Shown: positions 58,221-64,000 of the stretch, piece after piece | Position numbering within the stretch: position 1 is the first letter of the stretch | Layout of the letters: every line of letters starts with the position of its first letter | Source: Cyanobacteria bacterium auto_48_18 | GTDB taxonomy: Bacteria; Cyanobacteriota; Vampirovibrionia; Obscuribacterales; Obscuribacteraceae | NCBI GenBank assembly: GCA_036170915.1 | Contig: JAVHQC010000001.1 | Span: 44,972 to 108,971 of the forward strand | Direction of reading: 5' to 3' | Length of the DNA stretch: 64,000 bases | Position numbers and translations under genes: made by a program | The notes under the pieces: model-generated | Databases searched by the model: none | The model's input: only the letters and a program-made list of their open reading frames with translations | What the model was told of the DNA's origin: nothing

Positions 58221-58394
58221 CATTTGCTGAGCTGTTAGGTTGGGCCGTTTACTGGGCAATATTATTGATAGGGAATAGGCATGTGCGGGCGACGCTTGTC
58301 TATGGGGGTCTGATAACTCGAGCTGGTTCAGCAAGCGACGGCGAAAGTTGCGAGACTTATTGGGGCATTTTCTTTTAGTCGAGGGTCATAAACG

Positions 58395-58928
58395 ATGTCA
58401 GTGAGAAAAATTACTGTGAGAAGGCGGCCCCAGCAGCGGTCTATGAGTGGTTTTACACTGATCGAGCTGCTGGTGGTGGTCATCATTATTGGCATTCTGG
58501 CCGCAATCGCGCTGCCGAACTTTATTGGCGCGCAGGATAAGGCGAAGGAAGCGTCGGTGAAGGGAAATATGCACACGGCGCAAGTGGCATGTGAAGCTTC
58601 GGCAACAGATGCTGGTGGCACTTATCCAATAGCCGTGGACACTGTTTATCTAAGTTATTTTCCAGGTGGTGGTAGTGATAGAACTACTGCAGCGGCAAGT
58701 GGACCAGTAAATCCGTTTACAAACGTTGCTGAGTTTCCTACTGCGGGCTCAATTAGCGGTACGGTGCAATCTGTGCGCACAAATCCCCCTGGTGCTAGTG
58801 GTGGCACACGGGGCCAAGTTGTTTTTTGCCCTTTAGCAGGTTCTTCTTACGCTATCCTCGGCACTAATAAGGACACCAAGGCTTTGAATGGAGCTTCGGG
58901 CGGTACACTGGTGCTTTCTAATCAATAG
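58395..58928 (+). CDS. Type IV pilin / pseudopilin (candidate major pilin)
   Basis: Class III signal SG|FTLIELLVVVIIIGILAAIALPNF. Confidence 0.9.
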   Translation: MSVRKITVRRRPQQRSMSGFTLIELLVVVIIIGILAAIALPNFIGAQDKAKEASVKGNMHTAQVACEASATDAGGTYPIAVDTVYLSYFPGGGSDRTTAAASGPVNPFTNVAEFPTAGSISGTVQSVRTNPPGASGGTRGQVVFCPLAGSSYAILGTNKDTKALNGASGGTLVLSNQ

Positions 58929-58934
58929 GTTGAC

Positions 58935-59462
58935 GTGACAAATAGTTCTATACCAGCGACCAAGCACCGTCATGTTTGGACACCTGTAGAATTTGGCTTG
59001 GTTGTATTTTTTCTCGGCATGTTGCTGGCCATGATAGCGCCACGGTTTTTGAACGCCGAGTCCAAAGAGAAAAACGACAAAGTGTTGGTCAACATGCACA
59101 TTGCGCAAATTGCGGTTGAATCGTATGCAGCTGATCATGGCAATATGTATCCGGCGGCAATTGATGACGCCCTGAAGAGCTACTATCCGGGTGGAAATGC
59201 AGACGGCTTGACGCCTGCGTCGCAAGGGACCATGAATCCGTATAGCAAAAGGCCGGAGTTTCCTGTGTTAGGAACACTCATTGCGACACCAACAGCAGTG
59301 CGCACGAATGAGCCTGCACCGACAGGTGGAGAGCCGGGACAGATAGTGTACATTCCACTGGATAACAATCACACCTATGCGATGCTTGGCACCGCTGGTA
59401 GTGGCCGTGCACTACCTGGAATTTTGCCGAAGACGGCTCTGGTTTATTCCAATCTCTGGTAA
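58935..59462 (+). CDS. Pilin paralog with a degenerate prepilin motif
   Basis: HV|WTPVEFGLVV; body aligns with the upstream pilin (NMH.AQ.A.E..A.D.G..YP, SY.PGG, NP....EFP, GQ.V..PL, YA.LGT, LV.SN). Confidence 0.8.
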   Translation: MTNSSIPATKHRHVWTPVEFGLVVFFLGMLLAMIAPRFLNAESKEKNDKVLVNMHIAQIAVESYAADHGNMYPAAIDDALKSYYPGGNADGLTPASQGTMNPYSKRPEFPVLGTLIATPTAVRTNEPAPTGGEPGQIVYIPLDNNHTYAMLGTAGSGRALPGILPKTALVYSNLW

Positions 59463-59467
59463 TCGGG

Positions 59468-60208
59468 ATGATGACTAGAGGCCGCGCTAATTTTTTGCAA
59501 TGGTTACTGCTGGTATGTCTTCTACCTCTGACACTATTCTTGCATTCTCGCTTTGCCACTCTACTTCGCCATTCTGAAGTGCCGCAGACTTCTTTTATTC
59601 CCTCTGCACAAGCCGCGCGGTTAGTGTCTTTAGGCTACGATCAGCTAGTCGCTGACTTCTATTGGTTAGCCTTTATAAGCTATATTGGTGACACTGCTGC
59701 CCGAGCCAATGATCACTCGGCGATTGCCGACAAGTATCTGGATCTAATTACTGCACTGGATCCATACTTCGTACAGCCCTACTGGTTTTGTGCATTTACA
59801 GTGGGAGCAGAACAACATAGACCGTTGTTAGCAAACAAAATTATTCAGCGTGGTATCAAAGCCAATTTTGACAATTGGTATCTTTCTTACATTGCCGGCA
59901 TCAATATGTATTTGTACGCGCACGATGAAGTTGCTGCTTCAAAATATTATGAAGCAGCTTCTAAGCTTCCGGGAGCACCTTCATGGATAGCGAGACAAGC
60001 TGTTCTTTTACGCGCTAAAATTCCTTCGACGATCAAGCAGATCAATGCTTGGGATTCAATTTACCGTGCTGAGAATTCGAAGTTGGTGAAGAGCAAGGCG
60101 CGCGATAAGTTGATTGCATTGTGGTCGCAGGTTTATTCGGGAAGTCCAGCGGGTCCGATTCGAGAGAAAGCGAAAAATGCGTTGCGAGAATTTGGAACTA
60201 TTTTGTAG
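59468..60208 (+). CDS. Pilin-associated helical (TPR-like) membrane-anchored protein
   Basis: N-terminal TM; LGYDQLVADFYWL..LITALDPYF; co-oriented with the pilins. Confidence 0.65.
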   Translation: MMTRGRANFLQWLLLVCLLPLTLFLHSRFATLLRHSEVPQTSFIPSAQAARLVSLGYDQLVADFYWLAFISYIGDTAARANDHSAIADKYLDLITALDPYFVQPYWFCAFTVGAEQHRPLLANKIIQRGIKANFDNWYLSYIAGINMYLYAHDEVAASKYYEAASKLPGAPSWIARQAVLLRAKIPSTIKQINAWDSIYRAENSKLVKSKARDKLIALWSQVYSGSPAGPIREKAKNALREFGTIL

Positions 60209-60232
60209 TTCGCTCATTGGCCGGTTAGGAAG

Positions 60233-61849
60233 CTAAGGCACGATGCTTCCATGAATTTCCTGCCAGGTGACAGCTTTATAGCCATGCAAAATAGGTTCGG
60301 GAGAATTGCCTATGCCATTAGAAGAGTATGCGAGACCGCCTGTTGGAGCGGAGTTTGCAGTTAAGTTTTGAAGTGCAGTATCGATGTAGAAGTTCCCAGT
60401 GCTATTAATGTTTAGCTTGTCGCCAACAATTGCCCCCTTAAAGTCTTTTGTGCCAGTAAAGGAAACAGGTGCGTTTGGTGCGTAAATAGTGCCGTTAAAG
60501 TTTGCATCTAAATTGATGTTTATTGCTCGTGTTCCGCTATACCAGATTTGTAAGTTTGAAGTGGCACCTTTGTTGTTGAGTGCACTCGCTTGAATGTCAG
60601 CTGCTGGATTTTGGAAAAAGGCACCCTTATCTTGGATGTACATCTGGACCGGCGAGTTTGCGTTGATAATGGCAGAATTTCCTGACGAACTAAATTGCAA
60701 GCTTGGTGCTGAATATTCGCCCGAAGGTAGAACACTTGAATTGAGATTGGAAGGAAGTGTAGAAGTATTTACTCCATTAGGTGTTGGAGCTGGAATAATA
60801 AAATCAGAATTGGATGATATGTTCGCAGGTTGTGAGAGGTTCGGATTGCCAGAGGCATCACTTCGGGCAGGACCTCCGCTTTGCAGATCCGCATTAGCGA
60901 GAACATTGTCTGGTGTTGGAAGCACAGTAGGCAAGGGCCCTGGACTAGCTTTATAAGTTAGTGCTGGAGCTGTATTTGTTGTTAGACGACCATCAATGAC
61001 GAAGTTTGAGCCATTCGCTACTCCAGTCGTCATGCTAGGAGTCGGTGCACCATCAACGCCATTTGTGACTGCCACATTCCCTTGCACTTGAACTTGCTGT
61101 GAGACGCTCACACCGCCGGTTAGTTTCACTTCCTGATTGGATCTGACGGTTAACGGATATGCTCCGTCTTGGACTGTTTCACTTAGACTCAAAAAAGACA
61201 AAGGACCATTATTAGCCGAAATGTTCATGCCTGATTTTGTAAAAAAAGCATTCTTAAAGTAGGATGTACTAGGTCCGGTGCCCCCCGTTTCTCCGGCGAG
61301 AATATCAAAACGTGGTTCGAGTATAACTCGCACGCTGCGGCTGAATGGCCCTCGTTTAGCCGTGCTTTCAAGAACTCGCCAGTAATCACTTTGCACTCTG
61401 GTAGTGAATGGAGATACATACTTTTGAGCACTCATTGCTGGATTAGTGGGCGCGACAAAATTCGGATCTAGATAAACAGAATAAAGAGTACTGTATTTTC
61501 CTACCGCGTTCCAATCATCTGGTGTAAGTTGCTTTATCCTTGTCGTTACCGTCCCGCCTTCAAATCCTTGCAAATATTCAGGCGGAACACTCTGAGTCAA
61601 CAGGGAGGGCACAGCCTGACCAGGGTTATTGACTGCTGTATCATTCAGTCGTCTAATCGCGTAGTCAATTCCAATTTCTGAGGCGGTCCTCAATTCGGAA
61701 GTGTACCGTCCAGAGCTTTCATTCCTAGCTATAGTGAGAGCAAGTGGGAATAGCGCCATAGCCATTGCGAGTGCCACTAGACCGATGGTGATAATAGCAA
61801 TTAAGGCAAAGCCGCTTGACCGGTTTCGTTTGTTTCGCCTGTACTTCAT
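60233..61849 (-). CDS. PilX-like minor pilin with a large C-terminal beta-rich domain
   Basis: SG|FALIAIITIGLV (no Glu5); ASEIGIDYAI; FNGTIYAPNA..F.GAIVG; C-terminal VTWQE. Confidence 0.78.
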   Translation of the reverse strand: MKYRRNKRNRSSGFALIAIITIGLVALAMAMALFPLALTIARNESSGRYTSELRTASEIGIDYAIRRLNDTAVNNPGQAVPSLLTQSVPPEYLQGFEGGTVTTRIKQLTPDDWNAVGKYSTLYSVYLDPNFVAPTNPAMSAQKYVSPFTTRVQSDYWRVLESTAKRGPFSRSVRVILEPRFDILAGETGGTGPSTSYFKNAFFTKSGMNISANNGPLSFLSLSETVQDGAYPLTVRSNQEVKLTGGVSVSQQVQVQGNVAVTNGVDGAPTPSMTTGVANGSNFVIDGRLTTNTAPALTYKASPGPLPTVLPTPDNVLANADLQSGGPARSDASGNPNLSQPANISSNSDFIIPAPTPNGVNTSTLPSNLNSSVLPSGEYSAPSLQFSSSGNSAIINANSPVQMYIQDKGAFFQNPAADIQASALNNKGATSNLQIWYSGTRAININLDANFNGTIYAPNAPVSFTGTKDFKGAIVGDKLNINSTGNFYIDTALQNLTANSAPTGGLAYSSNGIGNSPEPILHGYKAVTWQEIHGSIVP

Positions 61850-62769
61850 GGTGGCACGACTGTCGAATTGTATAGCGGCATACCAATATTGTTACGCATG
61901 AATGACTCGGCATGAATTCCGACAAATTGAGGATAGTTACCATCCCCTTGCTGGGCTGTGAGACCTGTATTTTTGATTTGAAGATCGACCCCAACTCCTC
62001 TTATAGCATCGGGATTCACAGTAGATGGAGAAACGGACGTAAATGGCACGGATGATAGCTGTGGTGCGAGGTATGAAAAAACGGACGGAAGGCTTCCTGA
62101 GGCAGTCGTAGTAGGACCTGTAAGGCCTTTGAGTATTGTCTGTGGTGGATTAATCGCTGCAACGGCCTTCGAAGGCACTTGCCGAATTTGCTCGCCGGGA
62201 AATCGGGCAACCTGCAAGAGGAATTCGCCCAGTCTATCGGGATCAGGTACGATCTGATAGACCACAGTATCGAAATTTTCCATGTTGACCGGTGGAACAC
62301 CCGCGCGAAAATGATCCATTGGCAGCATAAGCGGCATTCCATTAGCTAGATTCGAAGGATTGTTGGGGTCTTCGTATAACACAGGAATTTGTAACACCAA
62401 TACCGAATCGCTCAGAGTCCAAGGGGGTGGCGGCCAATTTGTTCCAGCAGTTGGAGCTGTGCCGAACAGAGAGCCATACTTAGGATTGGTGACAGCTGGA
62501 AACCTAACGCGTTCTGCACCGGTTCCATAAGAGTCACCTACTGCTCGAGCTTGGCGAACATCTGAAGATATGCGGTTTATGGCAAATCTTGCAGCTGCTA
62601 AACCGTCAACCTTGTTTGTCGTTGTCACGCTCGCTCGCGTCATCAGAACTGCCATTTCGCTTAATGCGGCCATTGAGATCATAACAATGCTGAGAGTTAC
62701 TAGTAGCTCTACCAGACTGATACCTCTACTTAACCTTGGCCTGAAAGCGCGTCTAGTCATGGCGCCCAC
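61846..62769 (-). CDS. PilW-like minor pilin
   Basis: RG|ISLVELLVTLSI; AINRISSDVRQA. Confidence 0.8.
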   Translation of the reverse strand: MGAMTRRAFRPRLSRGISLVELLVTLSIVMISMAALSEMAVLMTRASVTTTNKVDGLAAARFAINRISSDVRQARAVGDSYGTGAERVRFPAVTNPKYGSLFGTAPTAGTNWPPPPWTLSDSVLVLQIPVLYEDPNNPSNLANGMPLMLPMDHFRAGVPPVNMENFDTVVYQIVPDPDRLGEFLLQVARFPGEQIRQVPSKAVAAINPPQTILKGLTGPTTTASGSLPSVFSYLAPQLSSVPFTSVSPSTVNPDAIRGVGVDLQIKNTGLTAQQGDGNYPQFVGIHAESFMRNNIGMPLYNSTVVPP

Positions 62770-63341
62770 TTATTTAAGCCTGATTTGGAAATAATCGTAG
62801 ATGATGAGATCGTTCGGCCAGTGTAAGTTTTTCCGTCAGTCCAGGTGACGCTACAGGTGATTTCGAGAGCGTTTGGTATGGATGCCACCGGTTCAACTTG
62901 GTAAATGGCACTGCCTACAAATTTGGCAGACTTTACTTTGTCCGCCCATTTTTTGTTGACAAAGTCTAGGAGCACTGGTGTTGGCTTCATTGGTGGCGGC
63001 GAAATTGTCCCAGGATTGTTAGTGAAAAGAGGATATGTGGCGCCTTGATAGCCGGATAAGTAGTCGTAGCCTAAGGCTGACGTTGTTTCTAACATTTCTT
63101 GCGTAATCGCATTGGCACTTAGTTCATTTTGAGTTGAAGTGTTCGTTCGAACTAAGGCGCTATACATTTGCAGGGATGCACCGGTGATTATGGCGCCGAT
63201 GACTATTGAAACCAGGGCTTCGACGATTGTGAAAGCGGTTGCTGAGCGGTGCCCGAAGAGAGAGGAAACGGCATGCTTTCTTCCTAATTTTGATTCCCTA
63301 TAGTTCACTGTATTATCTTCATCGCGTTGCCTTCTACTCAA
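62757..63341 (-). CDS. PilV-like minor pilin
   Basis: TA|FTIVEALVSIVIGAI; C-terminal ITCSVTW; start uncertain. Confidence 0.75.
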   Translation of the reverse strand: MSRRQRDEDNTVNYRESKLGRKHAVSSLFGHRSATAFTIVEALVSIVIGAIITGASLQMYSALVRTNTSTQNELSANAITQEMLETTSALGYDYLSGYQGATYPLFTNNPGTISPPPMKPTPVLLDFVNKKWADKVKSAKFVGSAIYQVEPVASIPNALEITCSVTWTDGKTYTGRTISSSTIISKSGLNKWAP

Positions 63342-63803
63342 TATGCCCGAAAGGCTAAGGATACTAGCAAGCCAGGGTTTTACCTCAGAAATAATTCCGC
63401 TGCGATTTTCTACAGCATTCGTTACGCATTATCCTTCCGTTCTGTCCCACTTAGATTTGATTCAGCTATTTAAAAAACACCATTCTTTGTTACCTATGTG
63501 ATAGCCCCAATTGATCAGAGGCAATTAAAACTGCGGACCACGCACTCACGCTCAAACTAAGTGTTCGTCATCACCGATTTTTCCTTCAGCGGTAATCCTG
63601 CATATTCGCTTGGTATGCAGCCCTTTGCTTGCCGCGTATGATGTGGTTAACCGGCTGGATACTTATTCGCATGAATCGAGCCGGGCGTTCGCATTTCAAC
63701 CGGCTGAAAGCTCTGCGAATATGCATTAGCTTCTCAATGGCACTGACTTATAAGGTAAGATGATGCGAATCAGTAATGTTGTTTTTTTGGGGGATATTAT
63801 CAA

Positions 63804-63980
63804 ATGGGCGAGGATAATAATCAGTCGATGAATCCGAAGATGCTCGAACTAATAGGTAAAATTGAAGAGATGACCGCTCTGGTGAATTTACAAGGCAAAG
63901 TTAGCCAGCTGGAACAGCCAGTATCTGAACGCCTGCAAGCTGTAATGTGGTGGACCCGCAACTCTGGACCGATTTATTAA
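63804..63980 (+). CDS. Small 58-aa ORF below the track cut-off
   Basis: MGEDNNQSMNPKMLELIGKIEEMTALVNLQGKVSQLEQPVSERLQAVMWWTRNSGPIY, with GGGGGA upstream. Confidence 0.4.
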   Translation: MGEDNNQSMNPKMLELIGKIEEMTALVNLQGKVSQLEQPVSERLQAVMWWTRNSGPIY

Positions 63981-64000
63981 TTAGCTAAGATCGTCTCTGC

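Noticed and set aside
58147..58230. Short ORF after AAAGGAG
   Set aside because: The RBS is almost adjacent to the ATG and the ORF runs through a terminator.
58330..58360. c-di-GMP-I riboswitch upstream of the pilin (gcaa..gaaa..gac)
   Set aside because: It lacks the GACGCAAAG junction and a credible second stem; an Rfam search would settle it.
1090..62794. Many 60-150 aa ORFs nested in or antisense to long genes
   Set aside because: No motifs or RBS support; treated as shadow ORFs.
1..64000. CRISPR array, rRNA, integrase, transposase or prophage
   Set aside because: No regularly spaced repeat-spacer array and no recognisable motifs for these elements were seen.
1..64000. Selenoprotein (in-frame TGA) near selB
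   Set aside because: The TGA-ending genes I checked look complete, with no convincing in-frame continuation. This was not an exhaustive scan.

Overview
Gene-dense, mostly chromosomal bacterial DNA. Several proteins resemble cyanobacterial versions (short DprA-like protein, TMEM14, GT9 of the GGIGD type, LCP protein), but no photosynthesis genes are present, so a non-photosynthetic Cyanobacteriota lineage (Vampirovibrionia/Melainabacteria) is my inference, not a demonstrated assignment. Contents in order: paaK/paaA; a duplicated CPBP membrane protease; an alpha-2-macroglobulin envelope locus (AMMECR1-like, A2M, VanW, divergent from a Tat-type transpeptidase and SpoIID); antiporter, aminotransferase, TPR proteins, Fic; tRNA-Phe; a DotI/VirB8-like orphan; DedA; selB; serine hydrolase; a GT-C-like protein with DegT; a Lys/Ala-rich HicB-like protein; waaC, ndk, pcrA, mraY; an accessory patch (RES-Xre toxin-antitoxin, GNAT, pseudo-receivers, an uncharacterised TA-like pair); a GAF histidine kinase with an HD-GYP regulator; GT9, LCP; and a type IV pilin cluster. 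The best leads are a 40-bp tandem-palindrome operator-like element present twice 22 kb apart, an apparently exported AMMECR1 domain coupled to A2M, a PcrA with an N-terminal QLSLF clamp-binding-like motif, a histone-H1-like/HicB fusion, and a His-rich TA-like gene pair. I saw no CRISPR array, rRNA, integrase or transposase. All family calls come from motif recognition by eye; no searches were run.
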